Positions 1 through 9,620 are shown, counted from the first letter of the stretch. The stretch is DNA of 64,000 nucleotides from an uncultured Clostridia bacterium (GCA_934796775.1 CAKVPH010000008.1:19136-83135); one strand, 5' to 3'. Numbers and translations are program-made. Notes: generated by a model from the sequence alone, not told the origin.

Positions 1-23
1 TATTATTCGGCAATATAAATATC

Positions 24-911
24 ATGTACAAAGCCGTTATTTATAGGCTTATTTGTACCGCGATCGTCGTTCTGGTCGCGTACTTTGCCGTGTTCCCCGA
101 ACTTTTATCTGTTACAAGAAGCGACGAAAGCGTTGCGCTTTTAAACGCCGTGCAAAAATTCGTTTCCGAATTTTTAACCGGTAAGGGCATAGTTGCCGAT
201 TCTCTGCATCCCTCTTTTACGGCATTTGTAAAAATGCTTAACGATAACCTTTCAAGTTTATTCCTTGTAGGTATAGAGTGTTCCGTTCTGTTAGTAGTCC
301 TTAAAATTCTTTACGGACTCGGCGATTTTGTGTTCGCCGTGCTTTACGACAGATATATGTCGTCAATGGCAAAATTCGGTGTAATATCCACGCTTTTGGC
401 TAATTTCGGAAGAGGACTTTTGTATTCGCTCGTTTATTCGGTTATAAGCCTGGTTGCCGAAAGCGTGATAGTCGGAATTTCCGTTCTTATAGTTGTTTAC
501 GGCTTGGAATATATTTCGGTTTTTGCAATAATACTTTCGGTAGTATTTTTAGTGTTCGGTTTCTCGCTTAAATACACTCTTTTATCGCGTTTTATGCCGG
601 GAATGATCTGCGGCAGAAAAAAACTCGGCAAAGCTTTTCGTTCTACTGTTCCAAACGCAAATAACTTTTCTGCGCTTATGGGAACGTATTCGTTTATGCT
701 TTTGTTGTTCTATTATATAAACGCGTCGTTCGGCATACTAACGCTGTACGTAGGGCTGTTTATTTCTGTTCCGCTCACATCGTTGTATTTTATCTGCGTC
801 GCGCTTGTAGATTATTACATGGCGGATAACAGGAGTTTTTACGTTGACTATAATTCAGTTGCAAAACCTAAAGAAGACGCCGAAAACGCCGACATGCTCA
901 AATATTTATAA
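24..911 (+). CDS. polytopic membrane protein of unknown function
   Basis: 295-aa ORF with about seven hydrophobic helices; no catalytic motif recognised; upstream region cut by window edge. Confidence 0.5.
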   Translation: MYKAVIYRLICTAIVVLVAYFAVFPELLSVTRSDESVALLNAVQKFVSEFLTGKGIVADSLHPSFTAFVKMLNDNLSSLFLVGIECSVLLVVLKILYGLGDFVFAVLYDRYMSSMAKFGVISTLLANFGRGLLYSLVYSVISLVAESVIVGISVLIVVYGLEYISVFAIILSVVFLVFGFSLKYTLLSRFMPGMICGRKKLGKAFRSTVPNANNFSALMGTYSFMLLLFYYINASFGILTLYVGLFISVPLTSLYFICVALVDYYMADNRSFYVDYNSVAKPKEDAENADMLKYL

Positions 912-980
912 TTACGTTAAAACGATAAAAAAGCGGCTTGAAAAGCCGCTTTGAATTTTAGAAAAAAGGAGATAAATTCT

Positions 981-1316
981 ATGAAGTATATGTTTCAGGT
1001 TATACTTTCAAAGAACGAGGACGCATACTCTTTGTTTTCCGCTTTAAGAAAGAACGGAATAAAGGGCGTTGTGTTGCCCGCTCAAAGCTTAAAATCGGCT
1101 TTGCTTGACAACAAAGACGAACACATTCCCGCATTTGCCGGGTTAAGGCACGTTGTCGAATACCCGCACGATATGAATTACCTTGTGTTTTGCATAATCG
1201 ACGAGAGCGAACTCGAACACGTTAAAAGCATAGTTCGCAGCGTTACCGACGAAATCAAACATAAAGTAGGCATTATGTACGCCATGCCTTTGGCTTTTGC
1301 GGAGGGAATCGAATAA
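981..1316 (+). CDS. small cytoplasmic P-II/ACT-like protein of unknown function
   Basis: Start trimmed to ATG 981, which sits 8 nt after AAGGAG; about 111 aa; its stop is 2 nt before the antiporter start, suggesting translational coupling. Confidence 0.45.
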   Translation: MKYMFQVILSKNEDAYSLFSALRKNGIKGVVLPAQSLKSALLDNKDEHIPAFAGLRHVVEYPHDMNYLVFCIIDESELEHVKSIVRSVTDEIKHKVGIMYAMPLAFAEGIE

Positions 1317-1317
1317 T

Positions 1318-2568
1318 ATGAGCGCGCTTTTGTGTCTTGCAATAGCTATGGCTGCAGGACTGGCTTTTTCAAGGGTTGCTAAGCTTATAGGGCTTCCCAA
1401 CGTTACCGCCTATCTGGTGGCGGGACTTTGCATGCGTTACCTTTTGGGTTGGTTATCGCCGACCACTTCGCTTTCTGATTTTTCAATCATAACGGACGTT
1501 GCTCTCGGCTTTATCGCCTTTTCAATAGGTTCGTCTTTTAAACTCAAACATATAAGAGAAATAGGTAAAAGCGTAATAGTAATAACGGTTTTTCAGGCCC
1601 TTACCACGGTTTTGTTCGTTGATATCGCACTTATAGGCTTAGCTTTGTTGGGTAAGGTTAATATATCGTCGGCAATATGTCTTGGCGCAATAGCAACGGC
1701 AACGGCTCCCGCCGCAACTTTAATGGTCGTAAGGCAGTATAAGGCGCGCGGCATCGTTACCGATACGCTTTTGCCGGTAGTCGCTTTCGACGACGCCATA
1801 GGTCTTATAGTATTTGCCGTATCGCTTGCGTTAGCTAAAGTTTTAGCAGTGGAAGGCTCGACCGTTTCCGTTATGGATATTTTAGTTATTCCTTTGCTCG
1901 AAATAATAGCATCTTTAGGTTTTGGCGGAGTTATAGGCTCACTTCTCGCAATAATCGCGCACTTCTTTAAATCAAGGGCAAACAGAATTTCACTCTGCGT
2001 AGTCGCAGTGTTTGCGGGCGTAGGGCTTTGCACCGTGTTCGGCGAAGGCTTCGTTCTTTCCGATCTTTTAACCTGTATGGCAATCGGCGTTTTTTACGTC
2101 AATTTAAACAAAGAAAGCGGCTCTATTATGGATATAATGGACAGATGGACGGCTCCGCTGTTTATGCTATTCTTCGTTCTTTCGGGCGCAGATCTCGATC
2201 CTACCGCCATTCCGTCGGTAGGGCTTATCGGTATCGTTTACATAATCGTTCGTTCTTTAGGTAAATATACGGGGGCTTACGTTGGCGCAAGAATAGTCAG
2301 AGCCGATAAAAACGTTGCAAGGTATTTAGGTCTTACGCTTTTGCCGCAGGCGGGTGTGGCCATAGGTATGGCGCAAAAAGTTGCCAACACTCCCGAACTT
2401 ATGAACGCGGGGCTTTCCGGCGGAATAGTTACCGTAACGCTTTGCGCAACGCTTGTTTACGAACTTATAGGCCCGATTATCACAAAATGGGCGCTTGTAA
2501 AAGCCGGTGAAATCAAGATAGAAAAAAAGCAAAAAGCTCAAAAACTTGACAGTGCGGCTCAAAACTGA
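1318..2568 (+). CDS. cation:proton antiporter (CPA/Kef-type sodium-hydrogen exchanger family)
   Basis: About 12 TM helices with Gly/Ala-rich helices typical of Na_H_Exchanger proteins; ATG 1318 preceded by GGAGGG. Confidence 0.75.
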   Translation: MSALLCLAIAMAAGLAFSRVAKLIGLPNVTAYLVAGLCMRYLLGWLSPTTSLSDFSIITDVALGFIAFSIGSSFKLKHIREIGKSVIVITVFQALTTVLFVDIALIGLALLGKVNISSAICLGAIATATAPAATLMVVRQYKARGIVTDTLLPVVAFDDAIGLIVFAVSLALAKVLAVEGSTVSVMDILVIPLLEIIASLGFGGVIGSLLAIIAHFFKSRANRISLCVVAVFAGVGLCTVFGEGFVLSDLLTCMAIGVFYVNLNKESGSIMDIMDRWTAPLFMLFFVLSGADLDPTAIPSVGLIGIVYIIVRSLGKYTGAYVGARIVRADKNVARYLGLTLLPQAGVAIGMAQKVANTPELMNAGLSGGIVTVTLCATLVYELIGPIITKWALVKAGEIKIEKKQKAQKLDSAAQN

Positions 2569-2597
2569 TAAAAAGCGGCGGAATCAACAATAAAAAA

Positions 2598-2858
2598 ATG
2601 TATTACGACGTAAAAAACGATAATCTCGTTACTCGCACGGATACTACCGAAGAAAAATATTTTTTCGGCATTGTCTGCGGCGATTACATTTATACCGTGG
2701 GTAGCGAATCAACTTCGTTTTACGGCGGAGCGGTAAAAGTTTTAATGCGTTACAACACAAAAACGGGAAAGACCGATACTATGCAGTACGAAGGCGATTT
2801 TCCGTCAAACAAGTTTATTTTGTCCGACGCTAAAATCGACGCGATAAAACCCTACTGA
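2598..2858 (+). CDS. hypothetical protein (86 aa)
   Basis: Open frame followed by a strong terminator at 2871-2900; no motif recognised. Confidence 0.3.
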   Translation: MYYDVKNDNLVTRTDTTEEKYFFGIVCGDYIYTVGSESTSFYGGAVKVLMRYNTKTGKTDTMQYEGDFPSNKFILSDAKIDAIKPY

Positions 2859-2870
2859 AAATAATTATAA

Positions 2871-2900
2871 AAAAGAGAGGTTGTCGCCTCTCTTTTTTTA
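2871..2900 (+). terminator. rho-independent terminator
   Basis: AGAGAGG/CCTCTCT stem, 6-nt loop, T7 tail. Confidence 0.8.
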
Positions 2901-2995
2901 TGCCCGTATTTGATTATGCTTGACCGTAACGTGAATTTATGATAAAATAGTGTGCGTTATATATTGAGTAATATATTAAAAATTTAAATGAGGAA

Positions 2996-3086
2996 ATAAA
3001 TGCCGCCTAAATTCAAGTTTACAAAGGAAGAAATAATAAATGCCGCCTAAATTCAAGTTTACAAAGGAAGAAATAATAAATGCCGC
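2996..3086 (+). repeat. exact 40-bp tandem duplication (2.3 copies) covering RBS, start codon and first 13 codons of the TetR gene
   Basis: ATAAATGCCGCCTAAATTCAAGTTTACAAAGGAAGAAATA at 2996-3035 and 3036-3075, then ATAAATGCCGC at 3076-3086. Confidence 0.95.
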
Positions 3087-3663
3087 TTTAAACGTGGCAA
3101 GGGATAGCGGAATAGAAGAGGTAACAGCTAAAGCCGTTGCCGAAAAACTTGGCGTTTCCACCCAACCGGTGTTTACCTGTTTCAGCAATATGACCGAAGC
3201 AAAAAACGAAGTCAGAAAAGCTGCCGAAAAGGTATACGACGGTTATGCGGAGCAAGGCTTAAAGGAAAAAATTCCATTTTTAGGCGTAGGTAAAGCCTAT
3301 ATTCGTTTTGCGGTAAACGAACCTAATTTATATAAATTACTCTTTTTAACCGAGCCGGACGAATGTATAAGCGGAGCTATTGCCGAAATGAAGCGGTTGC
3401 AAGGCAAAGTGCGCCCGTATCTTATGGATATTTACAATCTTACAACAAGCGATGCCGACGAATATTTTCGCGATTTATGGCTTGTGGTGCATAGCATTGC
3501 AACTTTAAAAGTGACTAAGTGCTGCGATTATTCCGAAAAAGAGATAGAAAAAATACTCACGGCTTTTTCGGTAAGCATCTGCAAAGCCATAAAGGAAATT
3601 CCCGATTTTACAAGCGGCAATTTCGATCGCGACGCGGTGTTCTATGAACTTATAAAAAAATAA
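3040..3663 (+). CDS. TetR/AcrR family transcriptional regulator
   Basis: N-terminal HTH (FTKEEIINAALNVARDSGIEEVTAKAVAEKLGVSTQPVF) plus helical C-terminal domain. Confidence 0.8.
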   Translation: MPPKFKFTKEEIINAALNVARDSGIEEVTAKAVAEKLGVSTQPVFTCFSNMTEAKNEVRKAAEKVYDGYAEQGLKEKIPFLGVGKAYIRFAVNEPNLYKLLFLTEPDECISGAIAEMKRLQGKVRPYLMDIYNLTTSDADEYFRDLWLVVHSIATLKVTKCCDYSEKEIEKILTAFSVSICKAIKEIPDFTSGNFDRDAVFYELIKK

Positions 3664-3671
3664 ATATTGAT

Positions 3672-4031
3672 ATGAAAAAGTGGTTTAACGAAGAATATAA
3701 ATTTGAAATAGAAGTAGTCGGGTATCTCCGCGGAAACTCAACCGAATATTACTGCCGTAACGGCGAAGAGATAGGCGATAAATACGAATGCACTTACGGC
3801 TGCCCCGTGAACAAGCAGGGATACGGCATTTGTTCTAAAACCATGACAACGCTCTTTCCCATAATGGAAGCGGTGCGCTCGGGCGGCGATCTATGTAATA
3901 TCGGCGGAGAGAGCAAGTATTCAAAGACTGTAGTTTGTCCCGACGGCTGCGTGATTTTTAAGCTTACGGCAACGCCGCTTAACAATCCGAATTTTTTCAA
4001 AGGCAAATTTTATGAATGCAATAATAAATAA
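3672..4031 (+). CDS. cysteine-rich small protein, TIGR04076-like
   Basis: 119 aa with spaced Cys motifs (CPVNKQGYGIC ... GGD ... CPDGCVIF) resembling the TIGR04076 family as I recall it. Confidence 0.45.
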   Translation: MKKWFNEEYKFEIEVVGYLRGNSTEYYCRNGEEIGDKYECTYGCPVNKQGYGICSKTMTTLFPIMEAVRSGGDLCNIGGESKYSKTVVCPDGCVIFKLTATPLNNPNFFKGKFYECNNK

Positions 4032-4725
4032 AACAGAATTTAAAATAGGCGTTACGCCCGTCGTTTTATACGGCGAAAACAGCGACAAACTTTTTATTTT
4101 CGTACACGGGCAGGGCGGCAACAAGTATGAAGGCGAACGTTTTTTTAACGTAGCAAAACAATTTTCGTATCAGGTGCTTGCAGTTGATCTGCCCGGACAT
4201 GGAGAGCGCACTGACGGCGAAGATTTTGTACCTTGGAAGGTGAGTATCGAGCTTAAACGGATATTCGATTACGCTAAACAACGCTGGGCGCATATTTCAC
4301 TTAGAGCAACAAGTATAGGTTCGTATTTCAGTTTGCTTGCATTAAAGGGCGAAAAAATAGAGCATTGCCTTTTGGTGTCGCCGCTTTTAGATATGGAAAA
4401 TATGATCTGCTCGCTTATGGCGGCGGCAAACGTTTCAGAATCGCGCTTAAAAGCCGAAAAGCAAATTCCCACGGAATTCGGGCAGACTTTATCTTACGAT
4501 TATTTGTGTTTTGCGCGCGAAAACCCGCCTGAAGCAGTGTGTTTAAGCACACGCATTTTGTATGCGACGGGCGATACTCTTATCCCGCGCGAAACGGTTG
4601 AAAAATTTTCAAGCGATAACGGTGCAATTCTTACCGTAATGCAGGGCGGCGAACACTGGTTGCACACCAAAGAGCAAGTCGAATTTATGCAAAGCTGGGA
4701 AACGGCTCAGCTAAAAGATTTTTAA
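4012..4725 (+). CDS. alpha/beta-fold hydrolase
   Basis: HG oxyanion motif (FVHGQGGN), nucleophile elbow (ATSIGS), C-terminal GGEHW histidine region. Confidence 0.7.
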   Translation: MNAIINKTEFKIGVTPVVLYGENSDKLFIFVHGQGGNKYEGERFFNVAKQFSYQVLAVDLPGHGERTDGEDFVPWKVSIELKRIFDYAKQRWAHISLRATSIGSYFSLLALKGEKIEHCLLVSPLLDMENMICSLMAAANVSESRLKAEKQIPTEFGQTLSYDYLCFARENPPEAVCLSTRILYATGDTLIPRETVEKFSSDNGAILTVMQGGEHWLHTKEQVEFMQSWETAQLKDF

Positions 4726-4743
4726 TGCAGGTAATTATTTAAT

Positions 4744-5058
4744 ATGGCTACAAAAAAAGAATTTATCGATTACGTTATGGAACAAATCCGCTTTTCGGGC
4801 GACGTACGCTATAAAAAAATGTTCGGGGAGTATATGGTTTATGCAAACGATAAACCTGTGCTTTTAGTTTGCGACGATACCGTTTTTGTAAAAATACTGC
4901 CTGAAACGTCGGCAGTTTTACCAGACGCTACAAAAGGCTATCCGTATGACGGAGCAAAAGAACATTACATATTAGATCCTGACGACAGCGAAAGATTAAG
5001 CGAGATTATATCGTTGTTGGTTGACGTATTGCCCGAAAACAAGAAAAAAAGGGGATAA
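4744..5058 (+). CDS. TfoX N-terminal domain protein
   Basis: 104 aa; KKMFGEYMVY...VFVK...GYPYDGAKEHYIL pattern typical of the TfoX/Sxy N-terminal domain. Confidence 0.7.
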   Translation: MATKKEFIDYVMEQIRFSGDVRYKKMFGEYMVYANDKPVLLVCDDTVFVKILPETSAVLPDATKGYPYDGAKEHYILDPDDSERLSEIISLLVDVLPENKKKRG

Positions 5059-5160
5059 AAACATAATAATTTTTATAGACGTTATCGATAAACATATCGA
5101 GTATTGTAAAGGCTGTTTGATATGCAAAAAAACGGCGGTAAATAAAAAGCTTTAAAACTT

Positions 5161-5192
5161 AAAAAGTCCTGCTATAGGTCGATTATCGCATA
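5161..5192 (-). repeat. dispersed 30-35 nt motif, copy a
   Basis: Reverse complement reads TATGCGATAATCGACCTATAGCAGGACTTTTT; lies downstream of the fba terminator, co-oriented with fba. Confidence 0.85.
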
Positions 5193-5223
5193 AAAAGTAA
5201 AAATAATAAGTTAAAATGAACGC

Positions 5224-5262
5224 AAAAAAACAGCCGCGGCATAAAAGCCGTGGCTGTTTTTT
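5224..5262. terminator. bidirectional terminator between the tfoX-like gene and fba
   Basis: CAGCCGCGGC/GCCGTGGCTG stem flanked by A7 and T6. Confidence 0.8.
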
Positions 5263-5282
5263 GTAAACTGAGTTTTAAGTTA

Positions 5283-6257
5283 TTACAGACATTCGCCTGC
5301 TTTTCCTGCGCAACCCAAAACGTCAACGAGTTTGTGTTTAACAAGTTCTTTGATGTTTGCTCTTGCGGGTTTAAGATATTCTCTCGGATCGAATTTATCG
5401 GGATAATCGTTAAAGAATTTTCTTATAGTTCCGGTCATGGCAAGTCTTAAATCGGAGTCGATGTTGATCTTGCAAACCGAAAGTTTAGCGGCTTCGCGGA
5501 GTTGTTCTTCGGGAACGCCTATAGCGTCGGGCATACGACCGCCGTTTTCGTTGATCATCTTAACGTATTCCTGCGGAACGGAAGAAGAACCGTGCAGAAC
5601 TATCGGGAAATCAGGAAGTCTTTTTGAAACTTCTTCTAAAATGTCAAATCTGAGTGCAGGGGGAACGAGGATACCTTTTTCGTTTCTCGTACATTGATCG
5701 GGTTTGAATTTATATGCCCCGTGCGAAGTGCCTATGGCTATAGCCAAAGAGTCAACGCCGGTTTTAGCAACAAATTCTTCAACTTCTTCGGGTCTGGTGT
5801 AAGAGCCTACTTCGTGGCTTACTTCGTCTTCTATACCGGAAAGAGTTCCGAGTTCGCCTTCTACGGTTACGCCGTGATCGTGTGCGTATTCAACAACTTT
5901 TCTGGTGATTTCGATATTTTCTTCAAAAGAATGAGACGAACCGTCGATCATAACCGATGAAAATCCTCCGTCAATGCAGGCTTTGCATGTTTCAAAGTCA
6001 GGACCGTGATCAAGGTGCAGCGCAATAGGAATATCGGGACATTCCAAAACGGCGGCCTCAACAAGCTTAACAAGATAGGTGTGGTTTGCATAAGCGCGCG
6101 CGCCCTTTGATACCTGAAGTATTACGGGTGCTTTTTCTTCTTTGCAAGCTTCGGTAATGGCTTGAACTATTTCCATATTGTTGACGTTGAACGCGCCTAC
6201 CGCGTAATGGTTACGATAAGCTTTTTCAAACATCTTTTTTGTTGTTACCAACGGCAT
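5283..6257 (-). CDS. fba: class II fructose-1,6-bisphosphate aldolase
   Basis: GAFNVNNME, LHLDHG and HGSSS motifs; start trimmed to ATG 6257, 8 nt after GGAGG. Confidence 0.9.
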   Translation of the reverse strand: MPLVTTKKMFEKAYRNHYAVGAFNVNNMEIVQAITEACKEEKAPVILQVSKGARAYANHTYLVKLVEAAVLECPDIPIALHLDHGPDFETCKACIDGGFSSVMIDGSSHSFEENIEITRKVVEYAHDHGVTVEGELGTLSGIEDEVSHEVGSYTRPEEVEEFVAKTGVDSLAIAIGTSHGAYKFKPDQCTRNEKGILVPPALRFDILEEVSKRLPDFPIVLHGSSSVPQEYVKMINENGGRMPDAIGVPEEQLREAAKLSVCKINIDSDLRLAMTGTIRKFFNDYPDKFDPREYLKPARANIKELVKHKLVDVLGCAGKAGECL

Positions 6258-6393
6258 AATTTTATTCCTCCGCAAATTTTTATACTTAATTTTTAAAATT
6301 GAATTAAAAACTATTCAAATCAAATTTATTATATATCATTATGCTTTTAAAAGCAAACTTTTTTGCAAAATTTCGGTAAAATAAAAAAAATAG

Positions 6394-6422
6394 TTGATTT
6401 TTAGCGTTTTTTATTGTAGAAT
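6394..6422 (+). promoter_or_regulatory. putative sigma-A promoter for the TM1266-like/ABC operon
   Basis: TTGATT, 17 nt, TAGAAT; leaves a leader of about 150 nt. Confidence 0.45.
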
Positions 6423-6576
6423 AAAAACAGAAAATTAAATTTCCCAATCGATGTAAGTGTTTTTTCGGAGAGTAAGAAAGTAAAAAAAGCGTTTAGCTGC
6501 CCTGCGCACGGGTTTGTTCCGGTGCAAAGGCCGGCTGTTTGTTTTTGCAAAAAACCTTTTTAAAGGAGCGTGTTTT

Positions 6577-6828
6577 ATGAAATTAGGCGTTGTGGGCATA
6601 ATAATCGAAGGCGACAGATCCGTCGCCGGCAATGTAAACGAAATTTTATCCGGGTACGGCGATTTAATAATCGGAAGAATGGGGCTACCCAAACCTGAAG
6701 AAAACGTTTATTTAATAAGTTTAGGCGTTAAAGGATCAAACGAAAAAATATCCGCGCTTACCGGAAAATTAGGTCGGTTAAAAGGCGTAAAGGTTAAGTC
6801 CGCCGTTACCGACGTAGACGTAAATTGA
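6577..6828 (+). CDS. TM1266-family small protein (NikR C-terminal/ACT-like fold, putative regulator)
   Basis: VVGIIIE...VNEILSGYGDLIIGRMGLP...ISALTGKLGRLKGVKVK matches the TM1266 family pattern; AAAGGAG RBS. Confidence 0.6.
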   Translation: MKLGVVGIIIEGDRSVAGNVNEILSGYGDLIIGRMGLPKPEENVYLISLGVKGSNEKISALTGKLGRLKGVKVKSAVTDVDVN

Positions 6829-6847
6829 AGTTTATATAGTATTGCGA

Positions 6848-6882
6848 AATATCAGATAACGAACTTATAGCGGCACTTTTTT
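6848..6882 (+). repeat. dispersed 30-35 nt motif, copy b
   Basis: AAATATCAGATAACGAACTTATAGCGGCACTTTTTT, 20 nt after the stop of the upstream gene. Confidence 0.85.
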
Positions 6883-6946
6883 GTGTGCTTACGGTTTATT
6901 GAACAAAAAATTAAACGTAAAAATAATACACAAGGAGCATATATTT

Positions 6947-7948
6947 ATGAAAAAAATTCTTTCACTTTGTTTAGCTTTTTTACTGCTGTTTGCAGTGGGC
7001 TGCGAAACTGAAACAAATTCTTCTTCCTCTACGGAAAAAGAAGCTTACACTTTTATAATGCCCGACGGCGCACCCGTGATGGCAGTTATAAACCTTATTA
7101 AAAATTATCCCGAAATCGACGGACACAAGATCAATTATAAAACCGTTTCGTCAACTAACCTTGTGGGCGAATACACGCAGAATGCCGATATTGCGGTTCT
7201 TCCCACAAACGCGGCTGCAAATCTTTACAATAAAGGGGCGGATATTCGCCTTGCTTCGGTAAACGTATTCGGCGTAATGTATATGATAGGCAGTCAACCG
7301 CTCAACTCACTTGAAGATTTAAAAGGAACCATAATTTATTCTATAGGTCAGGGCAACACCCCCGAACTTATGCTTAAATACTTTTTAAGAAAGGCAAACG
7401 TAGATTTCATCGAAGGTACAACCGTTGAAAGCGATAAAGTTACAATTTCTTATAAAGCAGACGGCAGCGAAGTAATAAAGGCGTTAAAAATGAGAAAAGA
7501 CGGCGATCCCGTAGCTTACGGCGCATTCGGTCAGCCTGCCGTTTCAAAGGCGGTAAAGGCACTCAATATGAGCGTGGTATTCGATTATCAGGCAGAATGG
7601 AAAAAGTACAACGATTCAAACGGTTATCCGCAGGCGGGTGTTGCCGTAAAGAGCAAAGTCGCCGCCGATACGTCGTTTATGACCGCGCTTTACAGTGCTT
7701 TATCCGAAAACGCAACCTATCTTGAAGAAAATCCTTCCTTAATCAAACCCGTTTTAACCGATATAAATTCAAGCTTTAAAGACTTTGATTTTACTGCCGA
7801 AATGGTAACGGCTTTAAACCTTGGCTTTATCAAGGCAAAAGACGCTAAATCCGCAATAGAAGCATACTTTAACGGAGCTACCGAACAGCAGGAAAACAAG
7901 GCGTTTTTCGGCGGAAAACTCCCGTCGGACGAATTTTATCTCGGCTAA
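6947..7948 (+). CDS. ABC transporter substrate-binding lipoprotein (NMT1/THI5-like, NitT/TauT family)
   Basis: Signal peptide with lipobox FAVGC; start trimmed to ATG 6947 after AAGGAG; operon with permease and ATPase. Confidence 0.7.
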   Translation: MKKILSLCLAFLLLFAVGCETETNSSSSTEKEAYTFIMPDGAPVMAVINLIKNYPEIDGHKINYKTVSSTNLVGEYTQNADIAVLPTNAAANLYNKGADIRLASVNVFGVMYMIGSQPLNSLEDLKGTIIYSIGQGNTPELMLKYFLRKANVDFIEGTTVESDKVTISYKADGSEVIKALKMRKDGDPVAYGAFGQPAVSKAVKALNMSVVFDYQAEWKKYNDSNGYPQAGVAVKSKVAADTSFMTALYSALSENATYLEENPSLIKPVLTDINSSFKDFDFTAEMVTALNLGFIKAKDAKSAIEAYFNGATEQQENKAFFGGKLPSDEFYLG

Positions 7949-7982
7949 ATATTAAAATAACTAAAAATAGCAAGGGCGCAAA

Positions 7983-8759
7983 ATGAAAAATCCGCAAAGA
8001 AGAAAAAAAATCGAATATTTTATCTATCCGATAATATCGCTTGCCGTAGTAATACTTATATGGTATATTGCGGCAAAAAGCCTTAACGTAGAGTTCATTT
8101 TGCCAACTCCCGCTAAAACTTTTTCGGAATTTTTGCGCATATTGTCGCTTGATGAGTTTTACCAAGGGGTGTTTAACACTCTGCTTCATGCGGTTTTGTC
8201 GTTTTTAATGGCATTTGTTGCCGCACTGATATTTGCTTTTCTGGCGCGTGCGTCGTCGGTTTTTGATAAATTGTTTTATCCCGTTGTAGTAATTATGCGC
8301 GTCGCGCCCACAATGAGCGTTATATTCCTGTCGATAATCTGGATATCTTCGGATAAAGCCCCATATCTTGTGGGCGTGCTTATACTTTTTCCGCTGCTTT
8401 ACGCGTCGTTTTATCAAAGTATAGGCAGTGTGGATAAAGACCTTATAAAAATGGCAGACGCTTACGGCGTTAAAAAAATCGATAAACTCACGGGACTGTA
8501 TTTGCCGTGCGTGGCTAAAAATATCTATTCCGAAAGTTTAAGCACTCTCTCTTTTTCCGTAAAACTTGCGGTTTCGGGCGAGGCGATATCTCAAGGCGGC
8601 GTAAGCATAGGTTTTTTAATGCAGGCGGCAAAAGCCTATCTTGAAACGTCAACGCTTATAGCTTACACCGTTGCGGCAATAATAATGGGCTTTTTGCTTG
8701 AACTTATCGTCAGGCTCATTGCGTTTATCGTAAGGAGGATCGTCTATGCCAAAGCTTGA
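7983..8759 (+). CDS. ABC transporter permease (NitT/TauT family)
   Basis: Six TM helices; BPD_transp_1-like loop. Confidence 0.8.
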   Translation: MKNPQRRKKIEYFIYPIISLAVVILIWYIAAKSLNVEFILPTPAKTFSEFLRILSLDEFYQGVFNTLLHAVLSFLMAFVAALIFAFLARASSVFDKLFYPVVVIMRVAPTMSVIFLSIIWISSDKAPYLVGVLILFPLLYASFYQSIGSVDKDLIKMADAYGVKKIDKLTGLYLPCVAKNIYSESLSTLSFSVKLAVSGEAISQGGVSIGFLMQAAKAYLETSTLIAYTVAAIIMGFLLELIVRLIAFIVRRIVYAKA

Positions 8760-9447
8760 AAAAATCCGTAAAAAATACGGCGATAACGTAATATTTGATA
8801 ATTTTGACTTTGAATTTGAGCCAAATCGGGTTACGGCGGTTTTAGGTCCTTCCGGCATAGGCAAGTCCACGCTTTTAAATATTATTGCGGGAATTTGCAC
8901 CTATCAGGGCAATGCAGACGTAAAACGTCCTGTTTCATATGTTTTTCAATCTCCGGCATTAATAGAAAGTTTATCCGTAAGGCAAAATCTTGAATTTGTG
9001 TTAAAAGGCGTTTTTAAATCAAAGTCCGAAATGAATGAAGCAATTTTAAAAATGCTTGAAAGCGTTGAACTTACAGGTAAAGAAAAGAAGTATCCGTCTG
9101 AGCTTTCGGGCGGAGAAAAACAGCGGGTAAGTTTGGCAAGGGCATTTTTATTTCCCGCCGAATTACTGCTTTTAGACGAGCCTTTCGGCTCGCTCGATTT
9201 AGGCTTGAAAGTGCGGATAATGAACCTATACAAGGACTTATTGAAAAAAAATACGCGGACAACGGTGTTTGTTACGCACGACGTAGACGAAGCTCTTTCC
9301 TTTGCCGACAATATAGTATTGCTTGGTAAAAACTCAATTTTATATCGTGCCGATTTACCAAAGGCTGACGGTTTAAGGGATTTATCATTACCGCGTTGCG
9401 TTACCCTACGGCAGGATATTTATAATGTGTTTTCAAAAATTCAATAA
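8746..9447 (+). CDS. ABC transporter ATP-binding protein
   Basis: Walker A GPSGIGKST, signature LSGGEKQR, Walker B LLLDEP; overlaps the permease gene by 14 nt. Confidence 0.85.
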   Translation: MPKLEKIRKKYGDNVIFDNFDFEFEPNRVTAVLGPSGIGKSTLLNIIAGICTYQGNADVKRPVSYVFQSPALIESLSVRQNLEFVLKGVFKSKSEMNEAILKMLESVELTGKEKKYPSELSGGEKQRVSLARAFLFPAELLLLDEPFGSLDLGLKVRIMNLYKDLLKKNTRTTVFVTHDVDEALSFADNIVLLGKNSILYRADLPKADGLRDLSLPRCVTLRQDIYNVFSKIQ

Positions 9448-9479
9448 AAATCCTTTTGATTTTATAAAGTCTTTTTTAA

Positions 9480-9511
9480 GTCGGAAGCAATTAAATGCTT
9501 TCGGCTTTTTT
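9480..9511 (+). terminator. rho-independent terminator
   Basis: 10-bp stem (2 G-U pairs), 6-nt loop, T6. Confidence 0.7.
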
Positions 9512-9620
9512 ATTTGCTCTTTTTTGTTTGGTTGTATAAAAAATTTTTTGTCCGGCAATAATTAAAATGCGTCCGGAAAGATTACTTTCGGGCATATTAT
9601 ATAACGGGGGCTATATCGTT

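Noticed and set aside
3000-3050. 16-codon ORF created by the 40-bp duplication, considered as a real gene
   Set aside because: It is a by-product of duplicating the TetR start and is reported as a duplication/uORF, not as a CDS.
6423-6576. Known riboswitch (TPP, SAM, NiCo, preQ1) in the leader of the TM1266-like/ABC operon
   Set aside because: None of the conserved cores I know (for example the CTGAGA of TPP) are present. It is kept only as an unexplained leader.
9567-9620. Longer MazF N-terminus starting at ATG 9567
   Set aside because: The extension has no RBS and is not part of the MazF fold. ATG 9621 follows GGGGG at good spacing and matches the usual family N-terminus.
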